Below are positions 10,103 through 19,740 of a stretch of 45,514 nt of DNA, piece after piece. A program made the translations under genes and the position numbers. The DNA lies in assembly GCA_036937365.1 (NCBI GenBank), contig JAXOVD010000001.1, positions 1 to 45,514 of the forward strand. Direction: 5' to 3'. The notes beneath the pieces are model-generated. The model made no database searches. It had not been told where the DNA came from and was given only the letters and a program-made list of their open reading frames with translations. This DNA comes from Alphaproteobacteria bacterium. Its GTDB lineage: Bacteria > Pseudomonadota > Alphaproteobacteria > HIMB59. Position 1 is the first letter of the stretch, and every line of letters starts with the position of its first letter.

Positions 10103-10230
10103 AAAAATTTTTCAATTGGAATGCTGTATTTATTCAATTTTGAAGGAGCTGGTATTTTAATGTTATTTATAGCGATAAATGTTATAAGAATGAGGGTACA
10201 AATTGCTGAAATTATTATAATTTTTCTCAT
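10099..10230 (-). CDS. Small single-pass membrane protein (43 aa)
   Basis: Manual translation MRKIIIISAICTLILITFIAINNIKIPAPSKLNKYSIPIEKFL*; ATGA overlap with the 485-aa gene; TATAAT 8 nt upstream; below ORF-track cutoff. Confidence 0.75.
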   Translation of the reverse strand: MRKIIIISAICTLILITFIAINNIKIPAPSKLNKYSIPIEKFL

Positions 10231-10238
10231 AGTTAATT

Positions 10239-10244
10239 ATTATA
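10239..10244 (-). promoter_or_regulatory. Candidate -10 box (TATAAT) for the small protein-hypothetical-xerD-accA operon
   Basis: Perfect TATAAT 8 nt upstream of ATG at 10230. Confidence 0.5.
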
Positions 10245-10293
10245 TAGGATTTTTTACTATATATTCAAAACAAATTAATATACCGCAGATCAA

Positions 10294-10803
10294 ATGAATA
10301 AGGATAAGGACTGTATTTGTCTAATAGGAATGCCAGGCTCTGGTAAATCAACTATTGGCAAACAATTATCAGAAAAACTAAATTATACTTTTTTCGACAC
10401 TGATGAAGAAATAGAAAAAAGAGAAAAAACTAAAATCAAAGATATTTTTTCTATTAAAGGTGAAGATTATTTTCGATCTATTGAAACTCTAGCATTTAAT
10501 GAACTTATTGAGAAAAAAAAAGTTGTTATTTCAACAGGTGGTGGAATTATTCTTAATAATTTAGAAAAATTAAACTTAACATTTAATATTTATCTTTATT
10601 GTGGAATAGATGTGTTAATCCAAAGGGCATCTAGAAATAATTTAAGACCATTGTTAAGTAAAAATACACCTTTACAAATGACAAATCTTTTCAATGAAAG
10701 AAAAGATATTTATATTAAAGTTGCTGATATCACGATTAATGCAACTGGCAATCAAAATGTTACAATTACCGAAATATTAAAGAAAATTAAAAATGATAAT
10801 TAA
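10294..10803 (+). CDS. aroK: Shikimate kinase
   Basis: GMPGSGKSTIG P-loop, DTD, GE.YFR..E, STGGG, RPLL. Confidence 0.96.
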   Translation: MNKDKDCICLIGMPGSGKSTIGKQLSEKLNYTFFDTDEEIEKREKTKIKDIFSIKGEDYFRSIETLAFNELIEKKKVVISTGGGIILNNLEKLNLTFNIYLYCGIDVLIQRASRNNLRPLLSKNTPLQMTNLFNERKDIYIKVADITINATGNQNVTITEILKKIKNDN

Positions 10804-11851
10804 AAAATTAATAAATAATGAAAAACATATTATTCACCTTACTAATCTTAAAGAATTAGAGAAGCAGTTATTCAAGGAAATATCAAATCTTGATGTTTTG
10901 ATAATAGATAAATCTTTGATTGGAATTAGGCTGTTGAAGCAAATTTCTAAAAAATTCCAAGATAGAACTCTCATCCTTCAAGGAAATGAAAAAATTAAAA
11001 GCTTAAATAATTATCAAAATATTATTGAAAAAATAATTAAAATGGGAATACAAAGAAAAAGTAAAATTTACTCTTTTGGTGGTGGGACAATTGGAGATTT
11101 TTCTGGATTTGTAGCCTCTTCTTTGCTTAGAGGAATTGATCATATCATGATACCTACATCTCTTTTGGCAATGGTAGATAGTTCAATTGGGGGTAAAACA
11201 GGTATAAATAGCAAATATGGAAAAAATTTGATCGGCTCTTTTTATTTACCAAAAAGGGTTATCGTTTGTCCAGAATTTATCAATACATTACCAAAAAGAG
11301 AGGTGGCTTGTGGTTTTGCTGAGGTTATTAAATATTCTATAATCAAACCTAGTCCATTAAATAAGATTTTAGATAAACAAAGAGAAAATATTAATCTTAT
11401 TTCTTTAATTATTGAAAATTCAATTAAAATAAAATTAAGCTACGTATCTGACTTCATGGAAAAATCAAGCTTAAGAAGTTCAAGAGCCGTTCTAAACTTT
11501 GGTCATACTATTGGACATGCAATAGAAAACTCAAATGCATACAATAGTTCGATAAAGCACGGTGAAGCAATAGCAATTGGGATTATAATTGAATTAAAGG
11601 TCTCTCAGCACTTGGGTTATTATAAGAAATCACTCGACCCAATAATTGAAATAATTAGAAATTTTGGTTTACCAACAAATTATTCAAAATATATTTCAAA
11701 AAATAATATTAAAGAATTAATTAACAAAATGAAATTTGATAAAAAGGCAAATGATGAAAATGTTAGCTTTATCTGCATTGACAATAAAGGTGGTTTCGTC
11801 AAAAATCTTACTTTTAAAAAACTAGAAACAATCCTGCTTCAAATTATTTAA
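10793..11851 (+). CDS. aroB: 3-dehydroquinate synthase
   Basis: GGGTIGD, PTSLLAMVDSSIGGKTGIN, GKNLIG, LNFGHTIGHAIE, HGEAIAIG. Confidence 0.96.
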   Translation: MIIKKLINNEKHIIHLTNLKELEKQLFKEISNLDVLIIDKSLIGIRLLKQISKKFQDRTLILQGNEKIKSLNNYQNIIEKIIKMGIQRKSKIYSFGGGTIGDFSGFVASSLLRGIDHIMIPTSLLAMVDSSIGGKTGINSKYGKNLIGSFYLPKRVIVCPEFINTLPKREVACGFAEVIKYSIIKPSPLNKILDKQRENINLISLIIENSIKIKLSYVSDFMEKSSLRSSRAVLNFGHTIGHAIENSNAYNSSIKHGEAIAIGIIIELKVSQHLGYYKKSLDPIIEIIRNFGLPTNYSKYISKNNIKELINKMKFDKKANDENVSFICIDNKGGFVKNLTFKKLETILLQII

Positions 11852-13101
11852 TGACTTTATTAATACTTTGTAAATTATTAGCAATTTTGATTTTGCTTCT
11901 CCTTTCTGCTATTTCCTCTGGATCTGAAACAGCTTTAACGGCTGTTTCTAAACTACAAGCACATAGACAAAATGAAAAAGGTATCAAAAATGCAAATTTT
12001 ATTTTGAAAATTAAAGAGTTAAAAGATGAATTTATTACAGGCATTCTCTTAGCTAACAACGTATTTAATATTCTCGCTACTGCGCTTATGACAGAATTAT
12101 TAGTATCAGAGTTTGGTGGATATGGGGTAACAGTTGCCACTATATTTATGACTATAATGATTGTAATTTTTTCTGAGGTCACTCCAAAAATTTTTGCAAT
12201 TAACAAACCAATGCTCTATGCAACAAAAGTGGCTAAATTTTTTTATTTTTATACAAAGCTAATTAAGCCCATCGTTAAACTTATTAATTATATAACAGGG
12301 AAAATTATAAAAAATATTGGTCTCAACCTTACTTCGGATCAAAGCAAAACTATTAAAGAAGAATTTGAAGGCGCCGTTCAATTACAAAGACAACTCTCAA
12401 AAAAAGGAGATCATGAGGCGGAGTATATGAGCAATTTACTTGAACTAAGAAATTTAAAAGTAGATGAGCTTATGACTCATAGAAATGAAATTCTTTATCT
12501 TGATTTAGAGGATAATTATAAAATTAACTTAAAAATAATAAAAGATTCTACTTTTACAAGAATTCCATTAATCAAAAATAATTTTAATAATCTTGTTGGA
12601 ATAATTGACATAAGAGAAACTTTTAAAGATCCTTCGTTTAATGAAAATAGTGATAACAGCTACTTAGAAAAAAATTCATTCCAACCTGTATTTATTCCAC
12701 AAAATAAACTTGCTATTAAACAATTAATTGATTTTAAAAGTCAACGTGAGCACATAGCCTTAGTAGTAGATGAGTATGGGGAAATTCAAGGGCTTATTAC
12801 ACTTGAAGATATAATAGAAGAAATTATTGGGGAGATCTTTGATGAAACAGATACCGATGAAAGCTATTTGGAAAAAATTGACGATAACAATTTTTTATTT
12901 AACGGAAATGCTAGCATAAGGGAAATAAATCGTAGTCTGAATATAGAACTTCCAGATCAATTTGTCACCATATCAGGTTTAATACATGATATCGCAAAAG
13001 AAATTCCCAAGGTTGGAAAAATTATAAATTATAAAGAATTTAAATTACAAATAATTTCACGATCTATTAATAAAATAAATAAAGTAAAATTAATTCTTTA
13101 A
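11851..13101 (+). CDS. HlyC/CorC (CNNM/DUF21 + CBS pair) family transporter
   Basis: SGSETALT, ILLANN, SEVTPK, VVDEYGEIQGLITLEDIIEEIIGEI.DE.D, C-terminal CorC domain. Confidence 0.93.
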   Translation: MTLLILCKLLAILILLLLSAISSGSETALTAVSKLQAHRQNEKGIKNANFILKIKELKDEFITGILLANNVFNILATALMTELLVSEFGGYGVTVATIFMTIMIVIFSEVTPKIFAINKPMLYATKVAKFFYFYTKLIKPIVKLINYITGKIIKNIGLNLTSDQSKTIKEEFEGAVQLQRQLSKKGDHEAEYMSNLLELRNLKVDELMTHRNEILYLDLEDNYKINLKIIKDSTFTRIPLIKNNFNNLVGIIDIRETFKDPSFNENSDNSYLEKNSFQPVFIPQNKLAIKQLIDFKSQREHIALVVDEYGEIQGLITLEDIIEEIIGEIFDETDTDESYLEKIDDNNFLFNGNASIREINRSLNIELPDQFVTISGLIHDIAKEIPKVGKIINYKEFKLQIISRSINKINKVKLIL

Positions 13102-13347
13102 TATTTTAATTTCAATAGAGTGAAGTCCTAACTCAATTTCTGATTTTAGTTTATGATAAATTTCTCGATGGATATCCAATCTATTTAAATTATTTGTATT
13201 TTTGACTTGAATTTCAATATGAGTTAATTCATTTAATGAACCCTGAACTCCTTGATGACCGGCATGACTTGAACTGTTATCACTAATTTTGATAATTTCA
13301 AATTGACTAACTTCAATTAAAAGGGTTTTAATCTTCTCTAAGCTCAT
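13090..13347 (-). CDS. bolA: BolA family protein
   Basis: SHAGH, TH, NRLDIHREIY, LHSIEI. Confidence 0.9.
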   Translation of the reverse strand: MSLEKIKTLLIEVSQFEIIKISDNSSSHAGHQGVQGSLNELTHIEIQVKNTNNLNRLDIHREIYHKLKSEIELGLHSIEIKILKN

Positions 13348-13362
13348 AAAGAGTCATAATAG

Positions 13363-13875
13363 ATGAATAAAAACAATAAAGATAAAAAAAATTGTAACTT
13401 CCCTAATTGTGAATCGGAAGGTGATTATCGTGCGCCCTTGGGATATGAAAATTTAGATAACTATCAATGGTTTTGTTTAGAGCATATTAAAGAGTTTAAC
13501 AAAAGTTGGAATTACCATAATAAAATGAATTCTGACGAAATAGAAAGTGAAATTAGATATGATACAATTTGGAGGAGACCAACCAAAAGCTTTGGATCAG
13601 GAGGTAAATTTTATAATTTCACCATTAATGGGGAAGAAATGGGTTCTTTCGAAAATCCTAATGCCAAACAATCGGGTCACTCCAATAAGCTACTTTGGTC
13701 TCTCTCCAAGCTTAATTTAGATATAAAAACAGATTTAAACTTGATAAAAAAAAGATACAAAGAATTGGCCAAAAAACATCATCCAGATATTAAAGGTAAC
13801 AGTAAGAATAGTATTGAAAAATTTAGAGAAATTGTTGAAGCTTATAATTACCTTTTAGAAAGATATAAAAAATGA
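13363..13875 (+). CDS. J-domain co-chaperone with N-terminal Cys/His motif
   Basis: CxxxxC...RAP...WFCLEH..EFN..WNY; C-terminal J domain YKELAKKHHPD...I.EAY. Confidence 0.92.
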   Translation: MNKNNKDKKNCNFPNCESEGDYRAPLGYENLDNYQWFCLEHIKEFNKSWNYHNKMNSDEIESEIRYDTIWRRPTKSFGSGGKFYNFTINGEEMGSFENPNAKQSGHSNKLLWSLSKLNLDIKTDLNLIKKRYKELAKKHHPDIKGNSKNSIEKFREIVEAYNYLLERYKK

Positions 13876-14828
13876 ACAAAATTGAGTCTATAAAAAAAGA
13901 AAATTTAAACGAAATCAATAATGTCTCTTCGGCAAATCTTTTTGGAATTAAAACTGATTTAGAAGTTCCGCAATTTATAAAAAGAGGTGATCATTGTCCT
14001 CCTATTGATAAAAACTATGTTTTTGATGACGATACAACAGTTGCAATATTATTAGGGTTAAAATTTAATAAAAGAGTATTCCTCCAAGGTCTTCATGGCA
14101 CCGGTAAATCCTCTCATATTGAGCAAGTATGCGCTAGGCTTAATTGGCCCTGTATAAGAATTAATTTAGATAGCCATGTATCAAGAATTGATCTTATTGG
14201 AAAGGATTCAATTATTTTAAAAGAGGGAAAACAGGTAACAGAATTTCAAGAAGGAATATTGCCTTGGGCATTCCAGAATAATGTAGCATTGGTTTTTGAT
14301 GAGTACGATGCTGGAAGGCCAGATGTTATGTTTGTTATCCAAAGAGTTTTAGAAAACGAAGGTAAGCTAACTCTTTTAGATCAAAATAAAGTGCTTACCC
14401 CTCATCCCTTTTTTAGAATTTTTGCCACAGCTAACACTGTTGGATTAGGAGATACATCAGGAATTTACCATGGCACTAATCAAATTAACCAAGGTCAAAT
14501 GGATCGATGGAATATAGTTGCAAAATTAAACTACTTAGATGAAGAAAAAGAAATTGAGATTATTGCTAAAAAAATTGCAGCTAATACAGAAGAAAAAAAA
14601 TTAATTAAATCTATGGTTCAAATGGCTAACTTGACAAGGAAAGGATTTGAACAAAAAGATGTATCTATCGTCATGAGTCCTCGTACAGTCATTATGTGGG
14701 CAGAGAACTATAAACTTATAAATAATATTCAAAAATCTCTTGCTATGACTTTTTTAAATAAATGTGATGAAAGTGAAATTGATATTTATAAAGAATATTT
14801 CCAAAGAGCATTTGGCGAAGATTTTTAG
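13872..14828 (+). CDS. cobS: CobS-like AAA+ ATPase
   Basis: GLHGTGKSSHIEQV, RINLDSHVSRIDLIGKD, LVFDEYDAGRPDVMFVIQRVLE, INQGQMDRW, MSPRTVI.W. Confidence 0.95.
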   Translation: MNKIESIKKENLNEINNVSSANLFGIKTDLEVPQFIKRGDHCPPIDKNYVFDDDTTVAILLGLKFNKRVFLQGLHGTGKSSHIEQVCARLNWPCIRINLDSHVSRIDLIGKDSIILKEGKQVTEFQEGILPWAFQNNVALVFDEYDAGRPDVMFVIQRVLENEGKLTLLDQNKVLTPHPFFRIFATANTVGLGDTSGIYHGTNQINQGQMDRWNIVAKLNYLDEEKEIEIIAKKIAANTEEKKLIKSMVQMANLTRKGFEQKDVSIVMSPRTVIMWAENYKLINNIQKSLAMTFLNKCDESEIDIYKEYFQRAFGEDF

Positions 14829-16622
14829 TTGGCAAAACAACGTCTAACCAATATTCCAAAACAAATATCTAATACGCTAAATTGTGTCAATAAAACTATT
14901 TCTAATAATCAAAGTTTAAAGATTAATATCAATTCAAATATTATTTTAGAAAAAGACGATACCCTTAACCTACCCTCCATTTCTTCAATTTTCAATTTTG
15001 ATGATATGAGAGGAGCATCAGACTCATTTGCACTTAAAAAAAAGCATCACAATGAAAAATTATTAAATCAAATTACTAATCAAAATATTGATATCAAAGA
15101 AGAAATCATTTTTTTAGAGAGAATAAGATATGAGTATCAGGGATCGCAAAACTATTTAGGCATAAAAAGAAATATTCAAAAAAAATGGTTGAAAAGACTT
15201 GAGGGAATTAAATTAAAAAAACAATCAGATCTTCTAGATCTTCTTCTTTTTACCTTAACCCATTTTTTTCTCGATGCTAGTAATGGTAAAATTTGGAATA
15301 AAAAAAATGAATATCTAAAAAAAATTTCAACTAAAGAAAATATTAACCAAATATACGAATATTTGATCAATTTTATTGAAGTTATTAATAATCAAAAGCT
15401 GTTTGCTGAATATTCTATTGATTTATTAAGGCTTATTTTTCCAAAACAAGAGGATAACAATAAACCTGAAGATAAGAATAATGAAGAGGGGCCTCAAGAA
15501 GAAGATGTGAACAAGCAACAAAATAATCAAGAAGCTCAAAAACCCAGTCCTGAAGAACAGGAAATTACTGAGGATGTAAATACTCCAGAGAATGATTTAG
15601 ATAATAATCAATCAAGCGTTCAAGGAGAAGAAATTGATATTGAAATTACAGATCAACAGATTGAAGAAACTCTGCAGTCTATTGAAAGTTATAAAAATTT
15701 AAGTCAAAATTATAAGGCGGCAACCAGTCAATATGATGAAATTATTGAAGCTCACAAATTATGTGATCTTGAGGAGTTGATAGCTCTAAGAAAACAACTA
15801 GATGAAAAAAATGATCTATATCAAAAGCAAATTTCTCGATTAGCTAATAAACTTTATAGAAAACTTCAATCTAAGCAAAACCGATCTTGGAATTTTGATT
15901 TAGACGAAGGAATTTTAGATACATCAAAATTAACTCGGATCATTACAAATTCGAATAATTCCTTATCTTACAAAAAAGAAAAAGAAATTAAATTTGAAGA
16001 TACAACAGTAACACTATTAATTGATAATTCAGGTTCTATGAGAGGAAAACCAATTATGGTTGCCGCTCTCACAACCGATATGATAGCTGCAACATTAGAA
16101 AAGTGTAAAATTAAAGTTGAAATCCTTGGATTTACAACGAAAGCTTGGAAAGGTGGAAAAACAAGAGAACACTGGCTTAAAAATGGAAAAGAAAGAAATC
16201 CTGGTCGATTAAATGATCTTCGTCACATAATTTATAAATCTGCTGATCAAAATTCAAAAAAATCCAAAATTAATCTTGGTTTGATGTTAAAGGAAGGTCT
16301 ATTGAAAGAAAATATTGATGGGGAGGCATTACTATGGGCAACTTCAAGGATGTCCAAAAGGCCTGAAAGTAGGAAAATCTTGATTGTGATATCGGACGGA
16401 GCCCCGGTAGACGATTCTACTCTCTCTGTTAATAACAGCAATTATTTAGAAAAACATTTAAAAAGTACCATATTATCTATTGAGGATAGATCTAATATTG
16501 AATTACTAGCAATTGGTATTGGTCATAATGTTGGCCAATATTACTCCAAGGCTATTACAATTCATGATGTGGAAGAATTGGGTGGGATTATGTTTGAAAA
16601 AATTGACTCTTTATTTACTTAA
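14829..16622 (+). CDS. cobT: CobT-like protein with acidic linker and VWA domain
   Basis: TTG start abutting cobS stop; [61 protein letters not shown]. Confidence 0.93.
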   Translation: MAKQRLTNIPKQISNTLNCVNKTISNNQSLKININSNIILEKDDTLNLPSISSIFNFDDMRGASDSFALKKKHHNEKLLNQITNQNIDIKEEIIFLERIRYEYQGSQNYLGIKRNIQKKWLKRLEGIKLKKQSDLLDLLLFTLTHFFLDASNGKIWNKKNEYLKKISTKENINQIYEYLINFIEVINNQKLFAEYSIDLLRLIFPKQEDNNKPEDKNNEEGPQEEDVNKQQNNQEAQKPSPEEQEITEDVNTPENDLDNNQSSVQGEEIDIEITDQQIEETLQSIESYKNLSQNYKAATSQYDEIIEAHKLCDLEELIALRKQLDEKNDLYQKQISRLANKLYRKLQSKQNRSWNFDLDEGILDTSKLTRIITNSNNSLSYKKEKEIKFEDTTVTLLIDNSGSMRGKPIMVAALTTDMIAATLEKCKIKVEILGFTTKAWKGGKTREHWLKNGKERNPGRLNDLRHIIYKSADQNSKKSKINLGLMLKEGLLKENIDGEALLWATSRMSKRPESRKILIVISDGAPVDDSTLSVNNSNYLEKHLKSTILSIEDRSNIELLAIGIGHNVGQYYSKAITIHDVEELGGIMFEKIDSLFT

Positions 16623-17813
16623 ATTATCTAAAAAATTTTTTTTAAATATTTCAAAAGTATCATTTTGAATATTTATTCTTATTTCTTCAAAAAATTTATT
16701 CATAAACCAAATATTATATAATGATAAAATAACTATGCCTAAAATCTCATTGGCTTTGAATAAGTGATGCAAATAGGATTTTGAAAAATTATTAATTTCA
16801 GGTAGTTCACATTCCTCATCAATGAATGAATGATCATTTTTAAATTTTGAATTATTCAAATTGATACCTTTAGCACTTAATCTAGATAGCATAATTCCAT
16901 GACGTGCTATTCTTGTTGGGGAAACACAGTCAAAAGTATCATATCCGCAACTAACGCCATGCAAGATATCATCCAGGCCTCCAATGCCTAGAACATGAAC
17001 GGGTTTTGATTTATCAATTAGATCAGAACAAAAAGAAAAAATATCATGCATTTGTTCTTTTGAGCCTCCAAGAGAGCCCCCTATTGCTAATCCATTATAA
17101 TCACCGGAACAAGTCTCTTCACAAGCAATTTTTCTTAAATCGTCGTAAACCCCTCCTTGTATAATTCCATATAAATATTGCCTACCGGATGATCCACTTT
17201 GGGAGTCGAATTTAGAGTATTTAGTTTTAAATGCATCAGAACATCTTTTTGCCCAACGGTGACTGAGATACATTGAATTTTCAGTATATTTTTTGGAAAC
17301 ATTAAAAGGAGTACACTCATCAAGCACAAAAATTAAATCTGCACCAAAATGCCTTTGCAATTCAATAGACCTCTCTGGCGTAAGGTAAACCTTATCCCCA
17401 TTAAGATAATTGCGAAAAATAGCTCCCTCTTCTGATATCTTAATTAATGACTTTCTTTTAATATTTTTATTTTTACCTTTGATCTCCTCAGATACAGATC
17501 CATGACCTAAAGAAAATATCTGATATCCCCCACTATCAGTCATCATTGGGCCTCTCCACTGTGTAAAATTTTGCAATCCTTTTTCTTTGGAAATAATATC
17601 AGGGCCAGGTTGAAGCATCAGATGATAAGTATTGGATAATATTATTTGGGTTTTTGCTGATCTTAATTGTTGAGGAAGAATTGATTTTACAGTTGCCTTG
17701 GTCCCACAAAATATAAATGAAGGAGTTTTAACCTCTCCATGTACTGTATTGACTGAGCCTAATCGTGCTTTGGAACTTAAACTTTGTTTGGAGACTTCAA
17801 AGAAGTTAGTCAA
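16611..17813 (-). CDS. tgt: tRNA-guanine transglycosylase (atypical pocket, degenerate Zn site)
   Basis: [46 protein letters not shown]. Confidence 0.95.
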   Translation of the reverse strand: MTNFFEVSKQSLSSKARLGSVNTVHGEVKTPSFIFCGTKATVKSILPQQLRSAKTQIILSNTYHLMLQPGPDIISKEKGLQNFTQWRGPMMTDSGGYQIFSLGHGSVSEEIKGKNKNIKRKSLIKISEEGAIFRNYLNGDKVYLTPERSIELQRHFGADLIFVLDECTPFNVSKKYTENSMYLSHRWAKRCSDAFKTKYSKFDSQSGSSGRQYLYGIIQGGVYDDLRKIACEETCSGDYNGLAIGGSLGGSKEQMHDIFSFCSDLIDKSKPVHVLGIGGLDDILHGVSCGYDTFDCVSPTRIARHGIMLSRLSAKGINLNNSKFKNDHSFIDEECELPEINNFSKSYLHHLFKANEILGIVILSLYNIWFMNKFFEEIRINIQNDTFEIFKKNFLDNLSK

Positions 17814-18576
17814 TGTTTTTTGGTATGAAATTTTTTGCTAAATATATAAATATTGTATCAAATAAACTTAAAATTATTCTAATCAAATAAATACCAATTC
17901 CATAAGAAACTACTAAGTCAAATATTGGAACAGGATTTGAAGAAAGCAGATTAAATGCAAGGATACTAAATATAAGATTATCGATAAATTGAGAAATTAA
18001 AGTCGATACGTTGTTCCTGAGCCAAAGTTTATTATTATCTTTATTTTTCAAATAAGAAAAAATAAATATATCAATTTTTTGACTGAGAAAAAAAGCACAA
18101 ATACTAGCTGCAATTATCGGGAATTGAGGTAAAAAAATTGTTTTAATAGATTGATGCATTTCATAGCTCCACCCCCAATCTGAATGAACATTTGGGTCAA
18201 TTGGATTAATGGATATAGTTAGAAACATTACTACAGTAGAAAATAGATAAGCACTTATGCCTAAATAGATACACTTGGTTGCAGATTTTTTATCAAAATA
18301 TTCATTAAGAATATCTGTACATAAGAAAATTGAGATAAATAATATTGTTCCCAACGCCATAGGTTCTGGGAAAAAAGGAAACTCTACTACCTTTAAAACT
18401 TGAATATTTGCTAAAATAATTGCAATTGACACATAGACATATATGCCTACTTTGCCAAAAAATTTTAAAGACAATAAAATAGATAAATAACAAAAAATAA
18501 TTTGGAATAACCAAACTGCAACGACAGGTAAACTATTTAGGTGAGATGAAAAATTTAAAAAAAAGTCTTGAAACAT
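17806..18576 (-). CDS. Queuosine precursor transporter (YhhQ/Vut_1 family)
   Basis: Polytopic membrane protein with ANIQVLK, TDILNEYF, SQKID, WLRNNVSTLISQFIDN.IF; overlaps tgt start. Confidence 0.92.
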   Translation of the reverse strand: MFQDFFLNFSSHLNSLPVVAVWLFQIIFCYLSILLSLKFFGKVGIYVYVSIAIILANIQVLKVVEFPFFPEPMALGTILFISIFLCTDILNEYFDKKSATKCIYLGISAYLFSTVVMFLTISINPIDPNVHSDWGWSYEMHQSIKTIFLPQFPIIAASICAFFLSQKIDIFIFSYLKNKDNNKLWLRNNVSTLISQFIDNLIFSILAFNLLSSNPVPIFDLVVSYGIGIYLIRIILSLFDTIFIYLAKNFIPKNID

Positions 18577-18870
18577 CTAGTTAGCTTTTTGGCTAACATT
18601 CTTTTCAATTTGTTTTTTTAGTTTTAGAGCCTTATCAGTTAGGAGTCTAGAACTAGTATTATTTAGATATTGATCAATACCCCCATGCTTATCAATGGTT
18701 CTTAGCGTAGAAGAAGCTATCCTAAAACGAAATTTTCTTTTAAGAGTCTCGCTAAAAAGGGTGACACTATTAAGGTTCACCATAAAACGTCTTTTAGTCT
18801 TAATATTAGAGTGACTAACGTTATGACCAGTTTGGTGCTTTTTTCCAGTTATTTCACAAGCTCTTGACAT
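18577..18870 (-). CDS. rpmB: 50S ribosomal protein L28
   Basis: MSRACEITGK, GHNVSHSNIKTKRRF..NL, LRTIDKHGGID. Confidence 0.98.
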   Translation of the reverse strand: MSRACEITGKKHQTGHNVSHSNIKTKRRFMVNLNSVTLFSETLKRKFRFRIASSTLRTIDKHGGIDQYLNNTSSRLLTDKALKLKKQIEKNVSQKAN

Positions 18871-18878
18871 GTTGAAAG

Positions 18879-18907
18879 TTTATATTACAAAAGCTGCTTT
18901 TTTACAA
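18879..18907 (-). promoter_or_regulatory. Sigma70-type promoter for rpmB-transporter-tgt
   Basis: TTGTAA-17 nt-TATAAA, then 8 nt to the rpmB ATG. Confidence 0.65.
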
Positions 18908-18918
18908 CACCAGTTTCC

Positions 18919-19740
18919 CTAAATTTTTAGCTCATTCATGCAAAAATTGGGTCTATATGTCTTAATTAAACTGTTAATTTCACTTTCTTTGTTAAGTTGA
19001 GGTTTATGAACTCCATTTTTAATCCACAAAGAGTCAAATTTCATAAGGTTACCCCCCGCAACATCATGCCATAGGGAATCGCCTATGATGAGAACTTTTG
19101 AATTTGATTTGATATTCATTTTCTTTTTAATGTCATTGTAAATTGGCTTAAATGGTTTTCCGTATCTATAAACAACGCCCCCCATATCTTCATATAATTG
19201 AGCAACCGTTCCCCCACACATAGAAAGTTTTTTATTATCGTAAACCAGATAATCAGGATTTGAACATAACAAAGGTAATCTATTTTTTAATAACCTATCT
19301 AATATTTTGGCAAAATCTATAATTGAGAGATTATTTGGAATATCAGCTATCATTGCAAAGTTTGCATTTTCAATTTTTTTTGAAATTTTTAAATTAAAGT
19401 ATTTTATTTTTTCAGATGATAACTTTATAGGATAGCACTTAGAGCCATAATTTTTATAGATATCTTTTTTAATATTATTTAATGCAATTTGGCCACTGGT
19501 AATACAATAATCATATAAGTTTTTTTTAAATCCAATTTTAGTTAAATTGGAAATTGAATATTTAGTAGGTCTTGATGAATTAGAAATTAAAATAATTTTT
19601 TTTTTCAACTCTCGCAATCTAATTAAACATTTTTCAGCATGATCAAATTTTTTATGACCATTATGTAGAACCCCCCATTGGTCAAATAAGAAAAATTTAT
19701 ATTTCTCGGCAAGCTCATCAAAAGAATCGATATTTTTCAA
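18919..19740 (-). CDS. HAD-IIA hydrolase, TIGR01459-like
   Basis: FDQWGVLHNG, ISNS.R, TSG, CSNPD, GKP..PIY, IGDSL.HD..G. Confidence 0.88.
   Translation of the reverse strand: MKNIDSFDELAEKYKFFLFDQWGVLHNGHKKFDHAEKCLIRLRELKKKIILISNSSRPTKYSISNLTKIGFKKNLYDYCITSGQIALNNIKKDIYKNYGSKCYPIKLSSEKIKYFNLKISKKIENANFAMIADIPNNLSIIDFAKILDRLLKNRLPLLCSNPDYLVYDNKKLSMCGGTVAQLYEDMGGVVYRYGKPFKPIYNDIKKKMNIKSNSKVLIIGDSLWHDVAGGNLMKFDSLWIKNGVHKPQLNKESEINSLIKTYRPNFCMNELKI

Noticed and set aside
15450-15680. Low-complexity E/N/Q/D-rich stretch as a repeat element
   Set aside because: It is the usual acidic linker of CobT; no discrete repeat unit.
13872-16622. Evidence for cobalamin biosynthesis
   Set aside because: cobS/cobT alone are insufficient; no cobN or other cob gene in the window.
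18871-18918. preQ1 riboswitch upstream of the transporter/tgt operon
   Set aside because: The gap is filled by a promoter ending 8 nt before rpmB, and there is no gap between rpmB and the transporter.
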